Shown: positions 23,180 through 34,799 of the stretch, in pieces | How positions within the stretch are numbered: position 1 is the stretch's first letter | How the letters are laid out: every line of letters starts with the position of its first letter | NCBI GenBank assembly: GCA_951406725.2 | Contig: OX597817.1 | Coordinates: forward strand, 99,076,001-99,140,000 | DNA from: Octopus vulgaris | Lineage: Eukaryota | DNA length: 64,000 nt | Direction of reading: 5' to 3' | Position numbers and translations under genes: made by a program | Notes under the pieces: generated by a model | The model's input: the letters and a program-made list of their open reading frames with translations, nothing else | The model's database searches: none | Told to the model about the DNA's origin: nothing

Positions 23180-23187
<8 letters not shown>
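22475..23187 (+). mobile_element. Non-coding partial-tandem element (~537-nt unit plus ~176-nt repeat) with one HHR; retrozyme- or pseudo-LTR-like
   Basis: Direct repeats 22475-22651 and 23012-23187 differ by one 1-bp indel. HHR at 22869-22920. (TA)n arrays on both sides. Confidence 0.75.
22869..22920 (+). ncRNA. Type I minimal hammerhead ribozyme
   Basis: TGAG-CTGATGA-TAGA...TCTT-GAAA-CGTACG-TT-CTCA. Stem I TGAG/CTCA, palindromic stem III, GUU cleavage triplet. Confidence 0.8.
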
Positions 23188-23249
<62 letters not shown>

Positions 23250-23354
23250 AATATATATATATATATATATATATATATTCCTTTGAAGGAATTCCTTTCC
23301 TTAGTTTGTTACATTAATGTGTGCGTGTGTGTCTGTGTGTCTGTGTGTGTGTGT

Positions 23355-26300
23355 GCTAGCATGGATTGGACGATTTGACTGAGGTCTCGCAGATGGCTGC
23401 ACCATGCTCCAATATGATCTGGCAGAGTTTCTAAGCTGGATGCCCTTCCTAATGCCAACCACTCCGAGAGTGTAGTGGGTGCCTTGCTGTGCCACCGGCA
23501 CGGGGGCCAGTCAGGCGGTAATGCCAATGGCCACGCTCCAATGGTGCTTTTTATGCGCCACCTGCACAGGAGCCAGGCCAGCGGCACTGGCAACGACCTC
23601 GCTCGACTGTTTTTTCACGGGCCACCAGCACAAGTGCCAGTAAGGCGACGCAGGTAACGATCACACTCGAATGGTGCTTTTTACGTGCCACCGGCACGGA
23701 AGTCAGCTTGTTGCACTGACAACGATCACGCAGGGAGCACCAGCTCTTAGTGCTTCCACTAGCACGGATGCCAGTCATCGAATTTGATTTCGATTTCAAT
23801 TTCACTTGCCTCACCATGTCTTCGCGAGCAGAGTTTAATGTCCAATGAAATAACGGTACGCATAAGTGGGCTGGTTACACAGTTACACCCCTGGCATAGG
23901 CCACGTAGTTATGGCCTTTCTTGGCTTGCCGAGTCTTCTCAAGCACAGCATATTTCCAAAGGTCCGGTCACTAGTCATTGCCTCGGTGAGGCCCAGTGTT
24001 CGAAGGTCATGCTTAACCAACTCATCCCAGGTCTTCCTGGGTCTGCCTCTTCCACAAGTTCCCTCAACCACTAGGGTGTGGAACTTTTTCACACAGCTAT
24101 CCACATCCATTCTCACCACATGACCATACCAGCGTAGTCATCTCTCTTGCACACCACATCTTCTTAGGTCCAACTTTTCTCTCAAGGTACTTACACTGAC
24201 ATTACACATCCATCGGATCATACTGGCTTCATTCCTTGCGAGCTTACGCATGTCCTCGGCAGTCAAGCATGGCTGTTCGTACACATGCGTTATACTGTCT
24301 ACCTTTTACTCTGAGCGAGAGGCCCTTTGTCACCAGCAAGATAAGAGCTCTCTGAACTTTGCCCAAGCTATTCTAGCAGCTACACTTTCAGTGCAACCTC
24401 ACCCGTTACTAACTTGGTCACCTAGGTAACGGACGCTATCAACTACTTCTAGTTTATCTCCCGTGAATGTGGCAGTTGTTCTCTGCACGTTTTCAGTGTT
24501 TATTGCTCCTGAGCATCTGCCACATACAAAAACGATCTTCCCAGTTAGCCTTCCTTTGATATTGTTGCACCCCTTATGTGTCCATAGCTTACACTAGGTA
24601 CATCTTATAGAGTTTCTACCTACGCCTTTTCTACAGATCGAGCAGGGCCAGCTACCTGAAGGGATTTGTGGTTTGCCTGCCTTCCTACTTATTAGGACTT
24701 TGGTTTTAGCTAGGTTGGCTCTAAAGCACTTTGATTCTAATCCTTGTTTCTACACTTGAAACTTCTCCTCTGGTTCTGATAGTGACTCAGCAATTAGAGC
24801 AAGGTTGTCAGCATAGAGAAGTTCCCAGGGGCATCCTGAGGAGGCTGAAGACTGAACCTTGGTGGACCCTAACCCTAACCCTACCTCTACGCTGAATTCT
24901 TCCGTGTACTTGTTGCCAACCCTCATCTTACTGACAGCGTCCCTGTACATGGCTTGCACAGCTCCCACTAACCATTCTTCTATCCCTAGTTTCCTCATTG
25001 ACCACGAACCCAAACTGCATCTCATCTAAACTGACTCTCTCCCTAATTAGTTGGGCTATTACCCTCTCTGTGATCTTCATTACCTGATCCAACAGCTTGA
25101 TACCTCTGTAATTATTTGTATCTACCTTTATAGCAGTTGACTATTATGCTGCTACACCAGTCATTGGGTATGACTCCTTCGTGTATCACCTGGTTAACTA
25201 TACGGATGACTAGGCTATAGCCGACACTGCCATATATTTTGAGCATCTCTGTAGTAATTCCTGATGGGCCGGGGGCTTTCCCTGTCTTCATATTCTTAAT
25301 TGCTTTATCTAACAAGGTACTGTCAACTCGGATAGCTGGTCCCTCTGTTGGGTCAACATTCGGCAGACTCTCTTTCTCCCATTCATTTTCTTTATTCAGC
25401 AACCTTTCATAGCCTCGTTTAGTGTAAGAGAACCATCATCCATGCGGACACATTTCTCTCCTACAACATCGCGATTCTCTCTCACACACTATCTTGCAAC
25501 ACGAAATACCTCAAGTCTTTAGTCCTCAGGGCGCAGAACAATGGAAAATTTTTTCTTATCTGCTTCCCCTCTGGCTATTACCCTGTCTCCAAGCTTCCTT
25601 TCTGGCAGTCTGATACAATTCTCTGCTACCATCGTTCTTCCAGTCCTTCCAAGCCTGTTTCTTTTCTCTAATAGCCCTGTCAACAACATTGTTCCATCAC
25701 CACGTGATTTTGGGTCGAGAGTGGACTTTGCACCATCCACGGATCTTGTCAGTGGCCCTCAGCAGGATGTCCCGTAGACACCTCCAGTTGTCTTTTACAT
25801 CGTGTGAAGATATATCCCCCTTCTATTTCGTCAAAGGCTTCGAGTAATATGTCTCTAAATCTCTGTCCATTCGCAGGATCTTTAAGCTTCCAGACCCTTC
25901 TCCTCCATGCTGATCGTCTTCTGGGCATCCATTTAGCTCTGATCCTGAAGTCACTAACTACCAGTCTATGTTGTGGAGTACATTCTTCGCCTGGGAAGGT
26001 TTTGGCATTTATAAGCAGCCATCTTGCCCTTTTTCTGGTGAGGATATAGTCAATTTGGCTAGTATGTCTGCCAGAACGATAGGTAACTAGGTGACTGACA
26101 GGTTTCCTGAAGTTAGTATTGCAAACCATAAGATCATTTGCATCGCAGAACTCCAGCAGCTTGGTTCCCTCCAAATTGCGGGAACCAAAACCGTAGCCTC
26201 CATGTACGCCATGGAAGCCATATGTATGTTTCCAACATGTCCATTGAAGTCACCATCCACAAAGAGAAGTTCCCTGTCATTCATCAACAAGGTAGTCTGC

Positions 26301-26378
26301 AAGAGAGTGTCATAGAATCGGTCTTTCTGTCCATCGGGTTGCCCCGGCTGAGGGGCATAGGCCGAGATAATGGTTGCT
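23355..26378 (-). mobile_element. Decayed RTE-clade LINE
   Basis: APE motifs (ISAYAPQ, GDFNGHVG, SQIDYIL) and RT motifs (KAPGPSG, PWELLYADNL), then GRGRPRKTW. ~60-bp tandem repeats in the 3' UTR (23480-23760). Confidence 0.9.
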
Positions 26379-26379
26379 A

Positions 26380-28358
26380 AATATATATGAGCAGGCTCCA
26401 ATCAGGTCTGGCAAAGTTTCTACAGCTGGATGTCCTTCCTAACGCCAACCACCCCGAGAGTGTAGTGGGTGCTTTTATGTTTCACTGGCATGAGGGCCAG
26501 TCAGGTGGTACTGGCACGACCATGCTCATATGGTGCTTTTTACGTGCCACCTGCACAGGAGTCAGTCCGGTGGAACTGGCAGCGACCACGCTCGAATGGT
26601 ACTTTTTACGTGCTACCGGCACAGGAGCCAGTTAGGCAATGCTGGTTACAATCACGCTCAAATGGTGATTTTTACGTGCCACAGGCATGGGAGCCAGTCA
26701 GCGGCCCTGGCAACAATCACACTCAAATGATGCTTTTAACATTCTACTGGCACAGGTGCCAATCAGGTGGTGCTGTCATCGGCCACAACAATGATTTCAC
26801 TTGCCTCAACAAGTCTTCGCAAGCGTAGTTTATTGTTAAGGGTAACCTTAAATGGGCTGGTTATACAGCACTGGCATAAGACACAGTTATGGTCTCATTT
26901 GGCTTGCCAGGCCTTCTCAAGCACAGGTTGAGCTCATCTCCGAAGGTCTCGGTCATTTGTCATTGCCTTGGTGAGGCCCAGTTTTCCTCAACTGCTAGGG
27001 TGCGACGCTTCTTCACACAACTATCCTTATCCATTCGCAACACATGACCATACCAGCAGTCATCTCTCTTGCACACCACATCTCATGCTTCTTAAGTACA
27101 AATTTTCTTTCAGGGCGCTTACACTCTTTTGTGTATGCACACTGATGTTACACATCCAGCGGATCATACTGGCTTCATTCCTTGCAACCTTCACGTGTCC
27201 TCAGCAGTCACAGCCCATGTTTCACTGCCATGTAGCATGTCTGTTTGCACACATGCTTCATACAGTCCACCAGCAGGTGTATGAGCTCTCTGAATTTGCC
27301 CGGGCTATTCTTATTCTAGCAGCTACACTTTCAGAGCATCCACTCCAGCTACTGACTTGGTCACCTAGGTAATGGAAGCTATCAACCACTTGTAGTTTTT
27401 CCCCCTGGAATGTGATGGAAGCTGTTCTCAGCACGTTTTCAGTGTTTATTGCTCCTGAGCATTTACCACATACAAAAACTATCTTCCCAGTTAGCTTTCC
27501 TTTGATATTGCTGCACCTCTTATGTGTCCATAGGTTAAACAGGGTACATCTTATGGAATTTCTACCTACGCCTTTTCTACAGATTGAGCAGAGCCGTCTA
27601 CCTGAAAGGATTTGTAGATGTCTGACTTCCTACTAATTAAAATTTTCGCTTTTGCTAGATTGACTCTAAGACCCTTTTATTCTAGACCTTGCTTCCATAC
27701 CTGAAATTTCTCCTCTAGTTCTGATAGTGACTCAGCAATTAGAGCAAGGTCATCAGCATAGAGGAGCTCCCAGGGGCATCCTGTCTTGAATTCCTCTGTT
27801 ATTGCCTGGAGGACTATGACGAATAAGAGAGGGCTGAGGGCTGATACTTGGTGGACCCTACCCCTACTCAGAATTCTTCCCTGTACTCGTTGCCAACTCT
27901 CACCTTACTGACAGCACCCCTGTACATGGCTTGTACAACTCTCACTAACCATTCATCTATTCCTAATTTCCTCATTGATCACCAGATAAGGGATTGGCGG
28001 ACCCTACCAAAGTATTTCTCCATGTCAACGAAAGCCAGGTACAGAGGTTATTCTTTGGCTAGGTATTTCTCTTGCAGCTGTCTTACCAGAAATATAGCAT
28101 CAGTGGTGCTTTTTCCTGGCACAGACCCAAACTACATCTCATCTAGACAGACTCTCTCCCTAATTAGTTGGGCTATAACCCTCTCCGTGACTTTCATTAC
28201 CTGATCCACCAACTTGATACCTATGTAATTATTTGCATCTAATAGGTCACCTTTACCTTTGTAGCAGTTGACTATTATTCTGCTACACCAGTCATTGGGT
28301 ATGACTCCTTCGTGTATCACCTGGTTGACTATAAGCCTAACTAGACTATGGCCGACAC
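26380..28358 (-). mobile_element. Second 5'-truncated RTE-clade LINE copy
   Basis: CYKGKGD, LYLAFVDMEK and PWELLYADDL on the minus strand. Same 3' UTR repeats at 26470-26790. Confidence 0.88.
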
Positions 28359-28432
<74 letters not shown>

Positions 28433-28602
28433 TGAGTGTATTTTTGCCTTGTTAACAATTAACACGGAAAAAAAATAGTTACCAGGGTAGCAAAAATCAC
28501 AAAGTAAAGAGGTTGTAACTCCTTGTTCATAAAGGTAGAAACTTCGTGTTTACGTGGAATGTTTTGTATAATATATAAATCAGGTATAAATCAAATACTT
28601 TT

Positions 28603-28689
28603 ACTTTCGACACATGTTTCGAAAATTCCACTGATATTATTCAAAAGAATAAATGGTATAAAACAATGCAATCTTCTCTTCAGGAAAGT
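28603..28689 (-). ncRNA. Type I hammerhead ribozyme with long stem II
   Basis: Minus strand: ACTTTC-CTGAAGA-GAAGATT...AATTTTC-GAAA-CATGTG-TC-GAAAGT. 6-bp stem I, GUC triplet. Lies in a ~300-bp insert between (TA)n arrays. Confidence 0.85.
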
Positions 28690-28723
28690 GAAAAAACTAA
28701 ACTCGTCAATAAGATATTTTAGC

Positions 28724-28854
<131 letters not shown>

Positions 28855-29035
28855 TGATAGTCTATTCTATTCTATTATTCTATTTATTCTTTTATCTACT
28901 TTATCACTGATTCTTTTGACCACTCCCCTAAGAAAGACAGTTTGCGCCATGCCTACCCCAAAAAGTCCCCCACCACCACCACCACCACTTTAAATCTGCC
29001 TAAATGTATAAATGCCAAAACTATTCTTGTCACCA

Positions 29036-29086
29036 AGCTTCCTGATGATTTCTTTTGAATGAAACAGTTCTAGTCTTGTAGAAGCT
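29036..29086 (+). ncRNA. Type I hammerhead ribozyme
   Basis: AGCTTC-CTGATGA-TTTC-TTTT-GAAT-GAAA-CAG..TTG-TA-GAAGCT. 6-bp stem I, intact core, weak stem II. Confidence 0.75.
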
Positions 29087-29305
29087 CCTTCTATAAAATA
29101 AATTAATTTACTCTGCTATGTATTGAGTACTTTATTTACTGTGGTTAACCCCGACTCAACCCGGGACCTACATATATATATATATAGAGAGAGAGAGAAA
29201 TTCAGGGTGAGCACTTGATAATTGTAAGCACCTGTATATACCGTTTGGTGGTGTAGGTGGTGGAGTAAATTAATCAAAATAAAAACATGATGTGCCAAGG
29301 ATTCA

Positions 29306-29383
29306 GCGGTACATATGTTTCGGGCCTTTATTAGACGGATTTATAACAATGCATAATGTGTGTCTATGGCCTTCTTCAGCCGC
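29306..29383 (-). ncRNA. Type I minimal hammerhead ribozyme
   Basis: Minus strand: GCGG-CTGAAGA-AGGCC...GGCCC-GAAA-CATATG-TA-CCGC. Palindromic stem III. Confidence 0.82.
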
Positions 29384-29643
29384 GCACAATTACTACCTCA
29401 AGGACATGTATTACATCAAAAATTCTACGTTGGGGATGCAAATCCTCTCATTCGCGTACGACATAATGCGGCAACAGCACAAAAATGAAGCGTCCATCTC
29501 GTCCTTCTCTACATTGAGAGAAGGACGAAATGGACGCTTCATTTTTGTGCTGTTGCCGCATTATGTCGTACGCGAATGAGAGGATTTGCATCCCTAACGT
29601 AGAATTTTTGATGTAATACATGTCCTTGAGGTAGTAATTGTGC

Positions 29644-29721
29644 GCGGCTGAAGAAGGCCATAGACACACATTATGCATTGTTATAAATCCGTCTAATAAA
29701 GGCCCGAAATATATGTACCGC
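29644..29721 (+). ncRNA. Type I minimal hammerhead ribozyme (inverted copy)
   Basis: GCGG-CTGAAGA-AGGCC...GGCCC-GAAA-TATATG-TA-CCGC, with C>T at the base of stem III. Confidence 0.7.
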
Positions 29722-29755
29722 TGAATCCTTGGCATCATGTTTTTATTTTTTAATT

Positions 29756-29816
<61 letters not shown>

Positions 29817-29819
<3 letters not shown>

Positions 29820-30068
29820 GGTTGTTGCCACCTCAACGTGGTTGTTCTGTACAAAAATCTCCCATCCAGAGGTGACAAGTGTCCAGTACTGAGGTAGGGT
29901 AAGACCCTGAAACCAGTTCTGATCTACTAGTCCTGTTGCCACTCGATGGCAATATAATGGACACAGATATTGTGTTCTTAACCAGCTGGAGAAGGCGTCC
30001 TCCTGGGTTAAAAAGAATAGTAACATTGTTCTGTAAGGAACAACTACGCTGAGGTGGGAACAACCATT
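29817..30068 (+). mobile_element. 252-bp self-complementary element with a degenerate HHR (29883-29930)
   Basis: 31-bp terminal inverted repeats 29817-29847 and 30038-30068. Internal AGTA-CTGAGGT-AGGGT-AAG-ACCCT-GAAA-CCAGTTCTGA-TC-TACT plus extra hairpins. (TA)n on both sides. Confidence 0.6.
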
Positions 30069-30084
30069 ACTTTTTATATATATA

Positions 30085-30124
<40 letters not shown>

Positions 30125-30127
<3 letters not shown>

Positions 30128-30392
30128 TAACAATAAAGGGTGAAATTAATTAATTTGGAATAATTATTAATTACACCAAGTAGATTTCGGCATGTAAAAG
30201 CCTCATTCGAGGAAAATTTAAGTAATACTAAGCAATTAAGGGTTTAGCAACGAATTGCCTCACCACACACCGAATTTAGAAATAGCAGTCAAAGAGTTAT
30301 AGTAGAAAGAATAGCTATAACTCTTTGACTGCTATTTCTAAATTCGGTGTGTGGTGAGGCAATTCGTTGCTAAACCCTTAATTGCTTAGTAT
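30125..30392. repeat. Short element related to the 22475-22651 repeat, with a perfect 78-bp fold-back
   Basis: 30225-30302 is the reverse complement of 30315-30392. Shares CTGCTATTTCTA, ACTTGGTG and ATTAATTT.ACCCT with 22486-22635. Confidence 0.8.
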
Positions 30393-31309
30393 ATATATAT
30401 ATATATATATACAAATATATACACACGTACATACATACATATATATATCATTCAACTACATTAGTAGTTGAATATTATCGCAGGTTTTTTTGTTGCAGTC
30501 GGCGTCTTCCTAGCAGTCTCAATAAGTCGGTTTTAATAGAAATCAAATTTAGTTTCTTGAATTTTGCTTGACTAGTGATAAGCTACATTTAGACATAAAA
30601 TACTTAAAATCTGGTGCAGTAGAACAAACATTAAGAGAAAAAAATGTATAGACCATACTGGTTGACTGTGTAACAGGATGAAAGGTCTGTAACACTGGAT
30701 GGGTGCAGCTCTCATTCTTATTAATCGAAGAAAAAGCCAAAACTTCCGATTATCTTCAACAGCATAAATATTTTATTTCTGGATTCGCAATATATACATT
30801 CTTCTTTCAGGGCCAATCGGTAGCCTAGGAGTTCGTCGCAATAGTCAAGTGAAGTGAGCCAAATCCTGTCCGTTCAAGCATAGCATAGCAACGCCACGAT
30901 GTGCAGCTTGAGAAAGCTGCTAAAACACGTCCGTCCTGTTGGGCTGTCAGCATTCGAGAGACCGATACGTGGGAAATTTTGCTGCTGCTAGTTTTCTGCG
31001 TAAGCGCATGAGGGAACTTCCGGCAGGCCTCCCTGAAGAATCCAACTCTGCGCATGCGTGCTGAAGATTTCCAAAATTGCATCACTACAAGGCTCCCCTC
31101 GAGTGCGGAAGCACGAAACAGAAGATTGTAGTGGTTTCAGAAAACAAGTTGGCTACCGATCACCCAGAAGATGTGGTACACAACATGACAACACAAATAA
31201 CTGTGCAAAAAAAATAATAATAATAACATGCACAAAGTTGTTTTTTTTCTCTCAACAAAATGTCCAAGAGTAAAACATGAAATTGACCAGGAGAAAAAAA
31301 GTATGTCAA

Positions 31310-33956
31310 TTATAAATTGTTTTTGATTGTTTCTTGGGCCAGTGAACAGTTCTGCCCGATCTGGTAACATAAGGTTTGCTCGGGGCACTTTTCGACAACG
31401 AAGGTAGTGTTGTAGGCGTTGGTAGAGGCAAAGGTGCCTGTGTAGGTGAATGTGTTGTCAAAGGTGCATAGGTGGGTGTCATCGAAAGATATAGACACCT
31501 CAAAATATGCTTTTTTCAGTCGGTCAACAGAAACTGTCTCCGTACGACCATTCATCTCGATGGTGAAAACTTTAAGTGTGCGAGAAAGCACACGGAAAGG
31601 TCCTTTATAAAGAGGAACAAGAGGTCCCTTGACAGAGTCGTTTCGAACAAAAACATACGACCAAGAGTCCATATCTGGTGGGACATGAGAGGGTGGAGAT
31701 TGTTCCCTGGAAACCATGGGCGGAAGATTTGAAAAATAAGTACGAAATCTGGCGACATAAAACGCTGGATCATGGAGCTGTGAAGTGTCTGGTACCAACA
31801 TCGTACCAAACAATGCCAGTGTGGTACCATACAGTAGCTCTGCAGAAGAAAAACCCAGGTCTGCCTTGACAGCAGTACGACAACCAAGAAGCACAATTGG
31901 CAGAAATTCAGTCCAAGACTGTGGATCTGCAGAGGCACGAAGAGCGGCCTTGAGCTGTCTATGGAACCGTTCAACTAATCCATTAGAAGCTGGATTATCA
32001 TTATCACTGGTAGTGTGAATGTTATGCACACCTAGAATACGTGACAATTCACAAAATAACGAATCTTCAAACTGACGTCCACGAAATGGGAAATCCAGTT
32101 AGAAACAAAAGCTCGAGCAACAGACTCAACAGTAATATCTGCTATTGGAGTGGCTTCTTGACAACGGGAGAAGCGATCGACACAGGTTAAAAGATAAGAA
32201 AACCCGCGATTCACAGGCCATGGTCCAACCAGATCAATGTGGACATGGCGAAAACGGGCCTCCGTAGGTGGAAAGTGTCCAACGAGGCACGAACAGGACG
32301 GAAAGCACGAGGCGTGAGTTTGTCCGTTTTAGATGACAGGGCAAACGTAAGAGGCTTGTGATCAGTATAGATCACAAAATCTCGACCTTTGAGTTGATAC
32401 TGGAAATGACGAACCGATAGATAGACCGCTAGGAGCTCACGATCAAATGTGCTGTATCGTCGCTCAGCTGGTTGCAGTTGGCGAGAAAAGAAAGCCAGAG
32501 GTCGAGTACGATCGTCCACTGTGTGTTGCAGCACAGCGCCAATCGCAGTGTCCGTTGCATCTACAGTTAAAGAGAGAGAAACACCAGGAACCGGATGTGT
32601 AAGCAAAGGAACAGAAGCTAAATCCTTCTTGATGGACTCAAAAGCTGTCAGTGCCTCAGTGAAGAAGGTGACTTGACCGTCCTTTTAGTGAGAGGAAGTA
32701 GCTTATCTACACAACCGGGAATGAAACGTCTATAGAAATTGACCGTCCCTAGATAATGCCTGAGCTGGCGCTAGGAAATAGGAGGTGCGATGCGTTGAAT
32801 GGCATCGACTTTTGATGACAGAGGTCTGATTCCACTCGAATCAGTATGATGACCTAGAAAATCTAGAGAAGATTGTCCGAAAACACAATTGTCGGGATTT
32901 ATGCGTACACTATAAGACACTGAAAGAGCTGAGACAGGTGCCGGAGATGATTTTCACGGGTGTCGCTCGCAATGAGTATATCATCAACATAAGCAAACAC
33001 GAAATCAAGACCGCGGACAACTTCATCAATGAAACGCTGGAAAGTGCTGGTAGCGTTCCACGAACCGAAACTCATGTATAAAAACTCAAAGCACCCAAAA
33101 GGGGTGGTAATAGCAGTTTTCGGAACATCGGCTGGGTTGACCGGTATTTGGTGATAAGCGCGTATAAGATTGACTTTTGAAAAAATGGTACAGCCATGAA
33201 GATTCGCCGAAAAATCCTGAAGATCTGGTATCGTTACTGCATTGAGGCGTTGATAATCTCCTACCGGGCGAAAATCAGACTCCTCTTTTCGCGACAAGTG
33301 AGGGGTAGACGCCCATGGGCTGGTGGAGGGGCGTATCAGGCCAAGTTGGAGCATGTGCTCAAACTTGGCCCTAGCCGTTTTTAGACGGTCAGGCGCAAGG
33401 CGCCGTGGGCGCGAAAATACAGGCGGCCCAGTGGTGGTGATAAAATGAAGGGTCGAATGGGCAGGCTTTGCCGGCTGAAAAGTAATGTCCAATAGCTCCG
33501 GAAATGAAGCAAAAGTGAATGAAAGGCGTCTCCAGAGGTGGTAACAAAAAATGTCGGGCTAAGAACCGCATTGGTAGAACCTCTAGTCGGCGTGGAGAGC
33601 GATGTAGTACCGTCGAGAAGCCTCCGACACCTGATATCTACCAATAGATTAAAATGATCCAAGAAATCAGCACCGAGAATAGGATGCAGTATGTCAGCGA
33701 CGACGAAAATCCATTGAAAATCTCGACGAAGATTAATATCGAGGCGCAGAGAAATCTGACCGAAGGTGGCTATGGGAGGTGAGTCGATAGCGTGCAAAAC
33801 AATAGAAGAGCGTTTAGGCTTGTATGCAGTGAGACGAAAAGGCCAAATGCTACAACAAGAACCGGTGTCTACCATGAAGAATTTCTTCGACACCAGATCT
33901 TTGACAAAGAATGCACGATTAGTAGGAAGAGAAAAGGAGGAAGGTGCCATGCTCAA
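31310..33956 (-). pseudogene. pol: Frameshifted pol (protease, RT, RNase H, integrase)
   Basis: FMVDTGS...ILGADFL, SPWAS, AYHQIP, KTAITTPFG, YVDDILI, VDATDTAIGAVL, YSTFDRELLA, TDHKPL, SNGLVERFHR and YKGPF. Confidence 0.9.
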
Positions 33957-33969
33957 CTTCTCCGAATTT

Positions 33970-34799
33970 AGTTTCCCCGAAAGTTTTAAACTGCACGGCT
34001 GGATGCACTTGCGTGCTTTATCAGCAAATTTGGAATGGTACTAGCACAGCCCGGAACGAGTGTCCGAGGCGGCCGGTACGTTCACTGTGAAAAAATTAGA
34101 GTGCTCAGAGCGAGCCCCGCCGGCTTGCATATGAAAAGCATGGAATGAGGCACGAGAGGTAGAGCGACTCCGACTACGCCAACGACGCCTATTTTCCCGG
34201 CATAGCTCGTCCGTGCGTCGTGTCAGCGCGTCTATTTTGTCTGATATAGTGTCAGGTGACAGAGAAGAGGCTGAAACTGAGGCTGTCGAAGGGGTCTCAG
34301 TGCAAACGCACATGCCACGCGACTTTGGCTGGCCAGAAAATTCCAAAGTTTTATCTGCCATCGTGGCAATTTGGTCCACACTGTTGGACTCAAGGGCTGT
34401 GGCCAAAATTGCTTGAAGGTTGGCAGGCAACATAGAGAAGAATATTTTACGAAGCAGAGGTGCGTCTGCGAAGTTCCCGCTTAACTCTCGCAAGCGACGC
34501 AAGAATTGTGAGGGGGTCTTGTCTCCTAGCCGCTCATCCGCCATTAGCTCATTAAACCTACTTTCTTCTGACCGAGTGTTGCGTCGAAGAATTTCCGCCT
34601 TGATAGACGCATAGGTGGCGTCTGGACTAGGATCTACAATGAGATCTCTAGCAGATGTGGCGAGTTGAGGAGGCAAGCTACAATAGAGGAGGTGTAACTG
34701 TTGAATGGGAGAAACGCCATGAGCCGCAAAATGGGCTTCTACTTGTGCGAACCACAGAGTCGCATCTCCCGTGAATGAATGTAAGTGTGGAACGGACAT
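33970..34799 (-). pseudogene. gag: gag with a premature stop in the CHCC motif
   Basis: LWFAQVEAHF...LGDKTPSQFLRRLREL...LPANLQAILA...ATMADK. Confidence 0.85.

Larger units (their letters stand above)
29292..29734. repeat. Fold-back palindrome (~220-bp arms) with an HHR in each arm
   Basis: The arms are reverse complements with a few substitutions, centred near 29513. Confidence 0.95.

Noticed and set aside
30178-30213. Minus-strand CGAATGA-GGC..GCC-GAAA
   Set aside because: Non-canonical core with no stem III. The homologous segment at ~22565-22600 lacks the motif.
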